Of a DNA stretch of 64,000 nt, positions 1 to 9,821 are shown piece by piece. Each line of letters opens with the position of its first letter. Positions within the stretch are counted from its first letter, which is position 1. The stretch comes from Methanobacteriota archaeon. Its GTDB lineage: Archaea > Halobacteriota > Bog-38 > Methanoflorentales > Methanoflorentaceae. The notes beneath the pieces were generated by a model, which worked only from the letters and a program-made list of their open reading frames with translations, was not told the DNA's origin and did no database searches. A program made the translations under genes and the position numbers. The DNA lies in contig CAVRAO010000002.1 of NCBI GenBank assembly GCA_963719035.1, forward strand, positions 256,001-320,000, written 5' to 3'.

Positions 1-243
1 ATACAGTTGACTAAGAAAGTCGGGCGTCAACGCGCTCACGAAATTATACGCACAGCTACAATGGATGCTTACGCTCGTGGAGACGCCCTTTCAGACACAT
101 TGCTCAAAGAGCCCCTCATTGTGAAATATTTTTCCAAAGACCAGCTTGAGTGGATGATCCTCCCTGAGAATTACATAGGAACGGCTATTGAGCAAGTTGA
201 GCGAGTTGTAACGCTTCTGAGGCAGAACGAGTGTCTGGAATAG
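1..243 (+). CDS. purB: Adenylosuccinate lyase, C-terminal part (truncated by window edge)
   Basis: GRQRAHEIIR...LPENYIGTA matches the ASL C-terminal domain. Confidence 0.8.
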   Translation: MQLTKKVGRQRAHEIIRTATMDAYARGDALSDTLLKEPLIVKYFSKDQLEWMILPENYIGTAIEQVERVVTLLRQNECLE

Positions 244-1544
244 TTGGAGCTATTGGAGTATGCGCCTACGAATCCGTCTTAAAGATGTGCAAGACACTCG
301 CACATCGGGGAAGCGTGCATCGATCTATCCGCGGAGAGCTAGTTAAAGGGACAGAGTATGCTGTTAGCACTCTTGGGCTCGCAACACTTCGAGAAGTGTC
401 TGATCCGCACGGTTCGGTACTCTCAGCTTCTGATAGTTATTACACAAGCTACGCTCGAGCGCGCATCATAAACTCTCTTGTTTTAAAACTGGACAGGGAC
501 GTTATAGGACCACGTCCGCTGTTCTACGGCGTAAACGATGCGAACTCGCTTTGCGCGTTTGCCTCTGAACGTAAAGCACTCTGGTCTGTTGGAATTAAAC
601 ACCCGCAACGGGTTAATCCGAGAACAGTGGTAACAATATCTGGACTGCAAGATATCGATGTGAAGATCAAAAAAACCCCTGAGCTATTGCACAAAAAGCT
701 AACGTTTAACGACGAATCAGAGCTAGTGAGCGATTTACGCAACGTCCTTGAATGTGTTTTGCATAACTTAGATCAGGAACATATGAGCGTTGCGTTCTCG
801 GGGGGAGTTGATAGCGCTTTGCTTTGTAAATTGATGTCTAATTGCGTGAATAAAAACTGTTATGCAGTAGGATTTTCTGAATCGCACGATTTAAACAACG
901 CGCAACACGCAGCACGTTTATTAAAGGTCGATCTTCAAACCATTGAGCTGAACGAATATGATCTTGAAGTGTTCATACCCGTTGTTATTGAAGCTATCGA
1001 AAGCTATAGCCCCCTCGATATCGCTATCGCTTTGCCGTTTTATGTCCTAGCTGAGCAAGCAGAAGCCGCTGGTTTTACGTCTGTTTTAACTGGACAAGGG
1101 GCTGATGAACTATTTGCAGGTTATTCCAAATACGCAAGTTTGCACTCGGCACCGAACGACACGCTTAATAACGTGCTTGAAATGGACGTACTTAACATCG
1201 CAAGAGATAATCTTGAACGGGACAACTTAGCTGCAGCAGCGCATTCGTTAGACGTCGTTCTGCCATATCTAGATCCAAGAGTTGTTGTTTTCGGATTGGC
1301 GCTTGACGCTAGTTGGAAACTCCACAATGGGATTAATAAATATGTGCTCAGGAGGGTGGCTGAACAAGTTATGCCACACGAACTCGCTTACAGACAAAAA
1401 AAAGCGATACAGTATGGCACAGGAGCAAGTTCAATGTTGCAGAAATTGGCGCGCAAAAAAATGCGTTCAGTAAACAGCAGAGGAGTATTAAGGCTTTATT
1501 TGCGATCAATTGCAGAAAAACAAGGTATAATGGTAGCGGAATGA
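231..1544 (+). CDS. asnB: Asparagine synthetase-like protein (synthetase domain intact, N-terminal glutaminase domain degenerate)
   Basis: PP-loop AFSGGVDS, LTGQGADELFAGY, LPYLD, KYVLR, RQKKAIQYG; starts MSGI instead of MCGI. Confidence 0.8.
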   Translation: MSGIVGAIGVCAYESVLKMCKTLAHRGSVHRSIRGELVKGTEYAVSTLGLATLREVSDPHGSVLSASDSYYTSYARARIINSLVLKLDRDVIGPRPLFYGVNDANSLCAFASERKALWSVGIKHPQRVNPRTVVTISGLQDIDVKIKKTPELLHKKLTFNDESELVSDLRNVLECVLHNLDQEHMSVAFSGGVDSALLCKLMSNCVNKNCYAVGFSESHDLNNAQHAARLLKVDLQTIELNEYDLEVFIPVVIEAIESYSPLDIAIALPFYVLAEQAEAAGFTSVLTGQGADELFAGYSKYASLHSAPNDTLNNVLEMDVLNIARDNLERDNLAAAAHSLDVVLPYLDPRVVVFGLALDASWKLHNGINKYVLRRVAEQVMPHELAYRQKKAIQYGTGASSMLQKLARKKMRSVNSRGVLRLYLRSIAEKQGIMVAE

Positions 1545-1807
1545 TAATCAAAAACGATGTTGAATATATAGCGCGGCTTGCTTGCATTGAGCTTGATGAT
1601 GAAGACCTCCAAGAGTTTACGATTCAATTAAATACCATACTTGAATATTTCGAAGAACTTGAAAATGTCGAAGCGGAGCTAACACACGAAGAGGAAGGCA
1701 ATGTGCTACGCGGTGACAATATCACGCCGAGCTTATCACAGCAAGAAGCCCTATCTAACGCTCCGCGAGTCGATAGCGGCTATTTTAGGGGCCCCCGTAT
1801 ACTATGA
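1541..1807 (+). CDS. gatC: Asp/Glu-tRNA amidotransferase subunit C
   Basis: DVEYIARLACI, ILEYFEEL, ALSNAP, YFRGPRIL; ATGA overlaps with neighbours. Confidence 0.93.
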   Translation: MIIKNDVEYIARLACIELDDEDLQEFTIQLNTILEYFEELENVEAELTHEEEGNVLRGDNITPSLSQQEALSNAPRVDSGYFRGPRIL

Positions 1808-3181
1808 GCCATCGAGAACGTATCGAGAGAGCGCTTGAAACAATCGAACGCAGTGACCTTAACGCGTTCATTACGGTCGATCATGAAGGTGCGAGGCGGC
1901 AAGCTGCAGAAGCTGATGCAGGCAACATAGATGGAAAATTAGCCGGTCTGGCAGTCGCTATTAAAGACGCCATTTCAACCAAAGGGCTGAGAACCACGTG
2001 CGCTTCGAAGATGCTTGAACATTACGTGCCCCCCTACGACGCATTTGTTATTCGGAGACTCCGCGCAGAAGGCGCCGTTTTAATTGGCAAGACGAATATG
2101 GACGAATTTTCTATGGGCGCATCAACAGAGACGAGCTTCTTCGGGCCTTGTAAGAACCCTTGGGATATTAACCGCGTGCCAGGCGGCTCATCTGGAGGCA
2201 GTGCAGCTTCTGTAGCTGCATACGAAGCAGATCTCGCATTAGGTTCCGATACAGGAGGATCAATCAGATGTCCTGCGTCTTTTTGCGGCGTAGTAGGGTT
2301 GAAACCGACATATGGCAGGGTTTCACGAAGCGGACTTATTTCGTATGGTAACTCATTAGAACAAATCGGTCCTATCGCACGGACAGTTAAAGGGTGTGCT
2401 ACGTTGTTTGAGGTTATTGCGGGCCACGATCCCGCAGACAGCACCTCGCTCAATCAACCTACGCCTCGCTACTCCAAATCATTATCAAAGGATATCACTG
2501 GTTTGAAGATCGGCGTGCCAATCGATTTTTTTGGTGAAGGGGTCGATCCAACCGTGGAAAACGCCACACGGGATGCAATAGACGTGCTTGTGGATTTAGG
2601 AGCGGAGGCACTTGAGGTGTCAATGCCCAGCTTACAATATGCACTTTCCGCCTATTACGTCCTAGCGATGTCGGAAGCCTCGTCTAACCTAGCTCGGGTA
2701 CTGTGGAATCATCTACGGGCACAGAGTTCAAAAAGATCATGATTGGCATCGAACATTCTCGGAGAATAGAGCATTTGGATTTGGAAAAGAGGTTAAAAGG
2801 CGCGTGCTTCTCGGGACGTACGCGCTCTCGGCGGGATATTACGACAAATATTACCTGAAGGCGCTCAAAGCACGTACGCTGATTAGGGCAGACTTTCAGA
2901 GAGCTTTTCAACAACATGATGTACTAATCGCACCAACGATGCCCCACATTGCATTTAAACTTGGAGAGAAAATAGAGGACCCCTTAGCATTGTACAAGGT
3001 GGATATTAACACCGTTCCAGTTAATCTTGCGAACGTTCCAGCGCTTTCCATTCCGTGTGGTGAGAAGGAAAGGTTGCCAATTGGCATGCAAATCATTGGT
3101 GATCGACTCAAAGAGACGCTGTTGTTCAACGTTGCGTGGCAATTCGAGCACAACACCAAGTTCAATAAATACGCTGAGTGA
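1804..3181 (+). CDS. gatA: Asp/Glu-tRNA amidotransferase subunit A (one extra G at 2696-2698, probably a sequencing indel)
   Basis: Amidase signature GKTNMDEFSMG, PGGSSGGS, GSDTGGSIR; removing one G restores SSNLARYCGIIYG...GFGKEVKRRVLLGTY and joins ORFs 1804..2742 and 2804..3181. Confidence 0.93.
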
Positions 3182-3383
3182 TTGCGGAGCCGCATCGTAA
3201 ATTCTATTGGAAGAGAGTACCTCAAAGATTCAATTTTTTGCCAATGGCGTCAAAGGATCGCGTATTTTGCTAAAAAAATTAAGCAAGTCGAACATTTCTT
3301 AAAGTACGTCTTGCGTCGAACAATGGTTTTTTTTTGAATCAAATATATGTAGCGCGGAAAACATAATTCCATAGGGTGAACAT

Positions 3384-3746
3384 ATGGCTGATGCTAAAGA
3401 TCTTATACGTAAATTCGAATATGGAGAGAAATTAAAGTCCGAAGTGTCCATAGCAAATCAACTGCTAGAACAACTTATTGGACTGAAAGATGACCAATTT
3501 GTTGGCGGCCTGAGGATTTTAGAGGCGTATTTAAATTCACTTATAATGGAAATTAAACTCGCACAAAAAGTGCTGGGTTCTAAAGTATATTTTTCAAAAA
3601 CCGCGCGTAAACTAACAGAAGCAGTAGGAAGAATCACGCTTAAGGAGTTTGACGAAGCAAGAGCGTGTTTCGCTGAAGCACTTAATGATGTTACCACAGT
3701 CTGCGCTGAGTCATTTGACGCATTAGCCAAACTGAAGTTGATGTAA
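3384..3746 (+). CDS. Hypothetical helical protein
   Basis: 120-aa ORF with GGTGA SD-like element and AT-rich upstream region; no motif recognised. Confidence 0.7.
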   Translation: MADAKDLIRKFEYGEKLKSEVSIANQLLEQLIGLKDDQFVGGLRILEAYLNSLIMEIKLAQKVLGSKVYFSKTARKLTEAVGRITLKEFDEARACFAEALNDVTTVCAESFDALAKLKLM

Positions 3747-3856
3747 AAAATAAAACGATCCACTATGGTAAAACGTGAACTGAGCGAAAGCTTAGTTTTG
3801 TACGAATAGATCCTAATCCTTCACTTTGCTGATACACGATAATGCAAGTTTTATGA

Positions 3857-5114
3857 TCAAAACAGCCACGCAAGAGTTGACAATGGCGTAGAAGTTGTAG
3901 GGTGGAGGGGCACTCTTAATTGAGAGAAGATGCCTAAGTACCGGCGGGCAATTCTATCCCAAGTAATGGATTGAGCGTATTCATACACTTGGCGGCTCAT
4001 CGCATTTCGAAGCTCATTATCGCTAACTAAAAGGTTAATTTTTTCAGCAACGTCCTCAGGATAGCCAAACCTCACCAACATGCCTCTGCCTTGTGACAAG
4101 ACTTCTGCCGCGTGTGTAAACTCCGTAGCTACAATACTCTTTCCGCAGCCAATTGCTTGAGATAAAACACCGCTTGATATTTGATTGGGATTTGTGTTTG
4201 TCACCGCGCATATATCAGTTGCTAAAAAGTGCGCGATCATCTCTCTATTTGGCAGGTAGCGCTGGACGAATACGACGTTTTTTGCAAGTCCAAGGCTCTT
4301 TACGAGGCTGTCAAGCTTGTCCTTGTATCGCTGTCGCACTTTTTCGTCAAGAGCTGGATGTGGCACTCCAACGACCATGTTACGTTATGTCTTTGTTTGG
4401 ATTGGCGTCAATAATAGAAGGTAAAGCTTCTATAACGGTCTCTATCCCCTTGTCCGGATTAATTAAACCGTAGCTAGCGATCACAAACTTTCCAGACAAG
4501 CCTAAACGCTTTTTCGGCAACGTTGTGTCAATAAAAGGCACCGCTGGTACCCCGTGCGGGATGAGCGTGAGCTTTTTTTTGTCTAAGCCATAAGTATTGT
4601 TTAAAAGTTCAATTCCAGCATATGCCGATGTGACGACCGCATCTGACAACGCGTAAATGTCTTTCACGACGTCCCTCATTCCAAGCGGTGGATTGGGCAA
4701 GATCGTGTGCAGCGTAGTGACTATAGGCTTTCTTACTCGGCGCATGAATTCCAAAATGTAGCTGCCAAAGTCGCCTTTATAAAGCCCAAACTCGTGCTGA
4801 ATATTTATAACGTCAATTTTGGAGCTGTTTATCTTATCAGCAGCGGCTATGTAACTTTTGACGTCACAATCTTTGATGACGTTAAACGTTTTTGAGATGA
4901 AACGCTTGCTAAGCACAAATTCTTTTTTGCTTAGTTGCGCCACCTGTTCTCGTAGAGAAGCGTTACTCAAAAAAAGATTCTTGCACTCTTGAACAACGTT
5001 GACATTCCAAGTAATATTATCTGCAACATTCGAGATGCTTGCAGTAAGATCGTTTGTGAAAGTCGCGATACCGCATTCCCGAGGGGGAAACGAACTTACA
5101 AAGTTCAAACTCAA
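3857..5114 (-). CDS. Glycosyltransferase family 4 (one extra base at about 4380)
   Basis: PPRECGIATFT, IQHEFGLY, IPHGVP, YGLINPDKGIE, ISSGVLSQAIGCGK; removing one base restores KDITYMVVG. Confidence 0.85.
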
Positions 5115-5382
5115 AGGTTTTGAACTTAATATAAAATCATCTCCAAGACTCAGTTTTGATAGAACTTACACAAATTTATGCCTAGCCGAGCTAAAGCACG
5201 AATCCTTTAGCGATTAATCGCGTAATACACGGCTATTGATACTGACTGAATAGTTCCAGAAAGACGCTACTCAACAACTTACTTAAGCTGCACGTCGAAC
5301 GAATCAAGTCTTTTTTTTACACTTTTAGCTGAACCGATACTAATTAATAGAAGCCAAACCAATGTAAACGCGGTGATATTCG

Positions 5383-5616
5383 ATGGCCGAAGAGAAAAAA
5401 GAAGAGTATACGTTTAAGAAAGACATGAAGACGGGAACCCTAAATGCCCCTGACACCGATGCTTACAATGCAAACTATGCACACGAACAAGATATGGATA
5501 AGATAAAGAAGCTTGAGGTGTGCGACCTCGGCCCTGATCCTGACGACATTTGCGAGCCAGAAGAGAAAAAACCAGAACACGTTTTTGTTTCTGAAGAAAA
5601 GAAGAAGAAAGAATAG
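5383..5616 (+). CDS. Small charged hypothetical protein
   Basis: 77-aa E/K-rich ORF, GGTGA SD upstream. Confidence 0.6.
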   Translation: MAEEKKEEYTFKKDMKTGTLNAPDTDAYNANYAHEQDMDKIKKLEVCDLGPDPDDICEPEEKKPEHVFVSEEKKKKE

Positions 5617-5799
5617 TTGAGGTGATGCGGCTGGTGCTTATCCACTCAGTCAAAGTTTCCCCACCTTAATTTTTTTTACGCTTGCGTCATTAGAGTATCA
5701 AAGACGCGATACGACGCAGAAGACGTGAAAGTCGATATTGGCCTTCTGCAGGTTGTTTTTTAAAAGATTTTTTATAGATTGAGGGTAGATTCGACAAAG

Positions 5800-6954
5800 A
5801 TGAAGGTATGGTTCATCGGTATAAAGGGCGCTGTCGCTACCACAACACTCGTTGGCATTCTCGCGATTAAACGGGGCTTAAGCTCCATGAACGGCATACC
5901 TTCTGAGGATAAAAGGTTCTCCCGACTAAATCTTGCGCGACTGGAAGATATCGAGTTTGGCGGTCACGACATCCGAAACGTCTCGCTCTATGAAGCAATG
6001 TGCCGAAATGTAAGCGAGAACAATACGTTTGACATAACGCAACTAGCGAAAATGAAAGAGGAGATAGACGTTATTCCAGTAAGATGTGGCATCGTCAACA
6101 ACTGTGGAAATGCGATAACTGCTCTTTGTGAAACCGATGAGCAAACGCTGAGCGAAGCGGCAAATCAAATATCAAACGACCTTCAAGACTTTGCTGGAAA
6201 TGAAGACTGTGTCGTTGTAAACTTAGCCTCAACCGAACCTTTCTTCGCGCCTCAAGCTGAATATGCCACTCTCGAGAGTTTTGAAGCCGCTATAGAATCG
6301 AACTCAAGCCAGATACCAGCAAGTGCAATCTATGCTTATTGTGCCATAAAGAATGGCATGCCTTACATTAATTTTACTCCGTCTATGGGCAACGATATCT
6401 CAGCAATAAAGGAACTGGCAAAAAAACAGGGCGTACCGCACTGCGGAAAAGACGGGAAAACCGGAGAGACCTTGGTCAAAACAGCACTCGTGCCAATGTT
6501 CAAGTATCGCCATCTGAGAATTGACGGGTGGTATGGGAGCAACATCCTTGGAAATTTGGACGGACGCATATTGCAGCACCCTGATAACAAACAATCCAAA
6601 CTCATCACAAAGACGAGCGTTGTGCCGAAGATGCTAGGATATGAACCACATTTAGGCAGCCGCATAGATTATTTTCCACCTCTTTCCGATCACAAAGTTG
6701 CCTGGGACTTTGTATCATTCAGAGGCTTTTTAGACCATAGGATGAATATGCAATTCACCTGGCAGGGGTGCGACAGTGTGTTAGCTGCACCCCTCGTTAT
6801 CGACCTTGTCCGCTTTATGGAACTAGCAAAGCGAAAAGGTATGAGTGGGTTGGTAGATGAGCTCGCAGTTTATTTCAAAGACCCACTTGACACCGGTGTT
6901 TATGATCTCTACTCACAATATGCCTTATTCAACGAATGGGTTGAAAAAATGTAG
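5800..6954 (+). CDS. ino1: myo-Inositol-1-phosphate synthase
   Basis: GIKGAVATT Rossmann motif, VNLASTE, YINFTP, GKDGKTGETL, NILGNLDG, CDSVLAAPL. Confidence 0.92.
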   Translation: MKVWFIGIKGAVATTTLVGILAIKRGLSSMNGIPSEDKRFSRLNLARLEDIEFGGHDIRNVSLYEAMCRNVSENNTFDITQLAKMKEEIDVIPVRCGIVNNCGNAITALCETDEQTLSEAANQISNDLQDFAGNEDCVVVNLASTEPFFAPQAEYATLESFEAAIESNSSQIPASAIYAYCAIKNGMPYINFTPSMGNDISAIKELAKKQGVPHCGKDGKTGETLVKTALVPMFKYRHLRIDGWYGSNILGNLDGRILQHPDNKQSKLITKTSVVPKMLGYEPHLGSRIDYFPPLSDHKVAWDFVSFRGFLDHRMNMQFTWQGCDSVLAAPLVIDLVRFMELAKRKGMSGLVDELAVYFKDPLDTGVYDLYSQYALFNEWVEKM

Positions 6955-7094
6955 CTTTTTTAATCGGCCGAGTAGGGCATATTATGCTACCCCCCAGCGG
7001 AAAACAGCGGTGGACGCTTAAATGTTAATAAATCGTCGCGAATATAAACCCTGCAACTATTTATCTTTAGCACCCAATCTTTTTACAGATTACC

Positions 7095-7559
7095 ATGCCT
7101 CGCGAAGATAGCGCAGATAAACTAACAGATCGAGGCGATCAGCGAGTAGATCCCTTAGTCGAAGAAGAGGAAAACACACAACTCGTTAAGTCAAAAGCTC
7201 AAAGAGTTGTTGAAGCGGAAGACCAAAGAGAGGACAGAGAGATCTATGACGGCTCTCTTGAACTTAAGATAGACGAAGTCCGCGAAGAAAATAATGGTGA
7301 AGTTGTCGAAGAGATCGATCACGAGCCATGGGGAAAAGAACCTGACTATGGATATCAATACGACAAAGAGGTCGTTGAAAAGGAGATTGCTGCTGGTGAA
7401 GGCGTCTACACGCCTGAAGGTCGAGAAGAGCTTGTCGAAGACGACGAGATAACTGCCGAAGAGGCTTTTTATATGGAAGGACGTGACAAGGTCTTCAAAA
7501 GCAAGACCAAGGATCACCCAAACAACCCCGAAATTGAAGAGCAGTGGAAAGAGGACTAA
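7095..7559 (+). CDS. Highly acidic hypothetical protein
   Basis: 154 aa, about one third Asp/Glu. Confidence 0.7.
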   Translation: MPREDSADKLTDRGDQRVDPLVEEEENTQLVKSKAQRVVEAEDQREDREIYDGSLELKIDEVREENNGEVVEEIDHEPWGKEPDYGYQYDKEVVEKEIAAGEGVYTPEGREELVEDDEITAEEAFYMEGRDKVFKSKTKDHPNNPEIEEQWKED

Positions 7560-7669
7560 CCCCAAGTCTTTTCCACCCTCAAACCTACCAGATCACATTT
7601 CTATCATACCCGTTGTTCTTTCGGTTGAATATGGGTCTAAGTTTCCTAAATAACCTCAAAGCTCCAAAT

Positions 7670-8998
7670 TCATGAGCTATTGCTGTTTCCATTTAACTCG
7701 TTGTTGAGGAATTTTTCGTAGCCGGCAAGGTCTAAAAGCCCGTGGCCACTAAGATTAAACACAATTACCTTAGCCTCACCGGTCTTCTTGCATTTGATAG
7801 CTTCGTCTATTGCTGCCTGAATCGCATGACTCGATTCTGGAGCTGGACAAATGCCTTCAGTCTGGGTGAAGAGAGCACCGGCCTTAAACGTCTGAACCTG
7901 CTCAAAGGACACGGCGTCTATATAGCCGAGATTCTTTAGAAGACTCAAGCTTTGTGCAGCCCCGTGATAACGAAGCCCGCCTGCGTGTATAGGTGAGGGA
8001 ACAAAATCGTGTCCTAATGTATACATTTTCACCAGTGGCGCAAAACCTGCCACGTCGCCGAGGTCGTACCTGTATTCGCCCTGTGTGAGCGACGGACAAC
8101 TCGTCGGTTCCACACCTACAAATCGAGTTCCATTGCCATTTCTGATGTGATCGCCAAGAAGAGGATACGAAAACCCAGAGAAATTCGATCCCCCACCCAC
8201 ACACCCGATCATAATGTCAGGATTTTCGTCTGCTTTCTTGAGCTGCGCAACCGTCTCTTCTCCTATGATTGTCTGATGAAGCAGAACGTGTTCAAGCACA
8301 GACCCCAAAGAATATTTAGTCGTTGCAGATTCAAGACTCGTTTCCGCTGCCTCACTTATAGCAAGCCCTAGAGAACCTGGATGATTTGGAGACTTCGCAA
8401 GCACTTGTCGTCCGCTTTGCGTCAAAGTTGACGGCGAAGGAATGACCTCGGCCCCATAGAGCCGCATGAGCGTTTTTCGTCCTGGCTTTTGATCGTAGCT
8501 CACTCTGACCATAAAAACCTTGCACGAAAGGTCAAACATGGAACACCCGAGCGCTAGCGCGGTGCCCCACTGCCCTGCCCCGGTCTCTGTTACGAGACCT
8601 TCGCTGCCGTCTATTTTATTGTAGTACGCCTGGGCAATGGCCGTGTTTGGCTTGTGTGATCCTGCGAACGATACGTCTTCTCGCTTATAATAGATACGGG
8701 CAGGCGTCTTCAAATAGTTCTCAAGCCTTTTAGCCCGGTACAGCGGGGTCGGTCGACCGAGTCTGAAATATGCTTCTAAAATCTCGTCAGGTATATCGAT
8801 ATAACGGCTTGTTGCCACTTCTTGCTTTACCAACGATGGCGAAAAAAGTGCAAGCAGATCGTCCGGTGTCGCCGGCTCTTCCGTTTTGGGATTTAACGGA
8901 GGCGGTAGTTTAACCGGTAGATCCGCCTGAATGTTATACCAGCTTCTTGGCATCTCATCTTCATCTAACAAGATTTTTACGTTTTCCATGCTAACCAC
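7670..8998 (-). CDS. trpB2: Tryptophan synthase beta chain 2 (TrpB-like PLP enzyme)
   Basis: [25 protein letters not shown] (PLP Lys), [28 protein letters not shown]. Confidence 0.93.
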   Translation of the reverse strand: MVSMENVKILLDEDEMPRSWYNIQADLPVKLPPPLNPKTEEPATPDDLLALFSPSLVKQEVATSRYIDIPDEILEAYFRLGRPTPLYRAKRLENYLKTPARIYYKREDVSFAGSHKPNTAIAQAYYNKIDGSEGLVTETGAGQWGTALALGCSMFDLSCKVFMVRVSYDQKPGRKTLMRLYGAEVIPSPSTLTQSGRQVLAKSPNHPGSLGLAISEAAETSLESATTKYSLGSVLEHVLLHQTIIGEETVAQLKKADENPDIMIGCVGGGSNFSGFSYPLLGDHIRNGNGTRFVGVEPTSCPSLTQGEYRYDLGDVAGFAPLVKMYTLGHDFVPSPIHAGGLRYHGAAQSLSLLKNLGYIDAVSFEQVQTFKAGALFTQTEGICPAPESSHAIQAAIDEAIKCKKTGEAKVIVFNLSGHGLLDLAGYEKFLNNELNGNSNSS

Positions 8999-9164
8999 GA
9001 TGTCTATTTTTATACTTTAAAGGTAGTATTTATCCTTCAATGTATGTCTATGTTTTATATAGTTATCGACAGGTCGCTTAATTTAAGCACAAGCTCACAT
9101 CTAATAAATTAAATTCCGCTTTTAAGTGTATAGTTATAAAAACCTGCAACACACAGTGATGTGC

Positions 9165-9815
9165 ATGTATAAGGACCGTATCCAAGCTGGACATGCACTC
9201 GCTGACTTGTTAGCGCGATACGAAAGTCAAAATGCCGTAGTATTAGCAATTCCTCGAGGAGGCGTTCAAGTCGCATTTCCTATAGCGACGCGGCTACGCG
9301 CACCACTTGATTTAGTGATACCGCGAAAGCTGCCAATTCCGTCGAACAGTGAAGCTGGCTTCGGGGCAATCACAGCAGACGGATCTAAAGTCCTAAACGA
9401 CGATCTCATCACCTACGTCGGACTGACGGACGTCGAAATCAATGGAATCGCAGGAAATGTGCTTGAGGAAGTCAAACGCCGAGAAAAAAGATATAGAGGG
9501 GACAAACCATTCCCAGATTTGGCAGCCCGCATCGCCATAATAGTCGACGACGGCTTAGCAACAGGGTATACGGCCCTAGCTGCTATCGATTATGTCAGAA
9601 AGCGCCGGCCTAAGAAAGTGATTATGGCGGTACCTGTTGCTTCTAAGGACGCCGAAATGCTCGTTAAATCTCGAGTTGACGAATACATTTGTCCGCTCAC
9701 AAGCAATCGTCCGTGGTTTGCTGTTGCAAGCTTCTATGAACGGTTCTCTGATCTGAATGACGAGGAAGTGCTCAATTGCCTGAAAAAGTACGAACTAGTA
9801 GTTGAAGGGTGGTGA
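9165..9815 (+). CDS. Phosphoribosyltransferase family protein
   Basis: LAIPRGG, IIVDDGLATG PRPP-binding loop. Confidence 0.88.
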   Translation: MYKDRIQAGHALADLLARYESQNAVVLAIPRGGVQVAFPIATRLRAPLDLVIPRKLPIPSNSEAGFGAITADGSKVLNDDLITYVGLTDVEINGIAGNVLEEVKRREKRYRGDKPFPDLAARIAIIVDDGLATGYTALAAIDYVRKRRPKKVIMAVPVASKDAEMLVKSRVDEYICPLTSNRPWFAVASFYERFSDLNDEEVLNCLKKYELVVEGW

Positions 9816-9821
9816 CTTACG

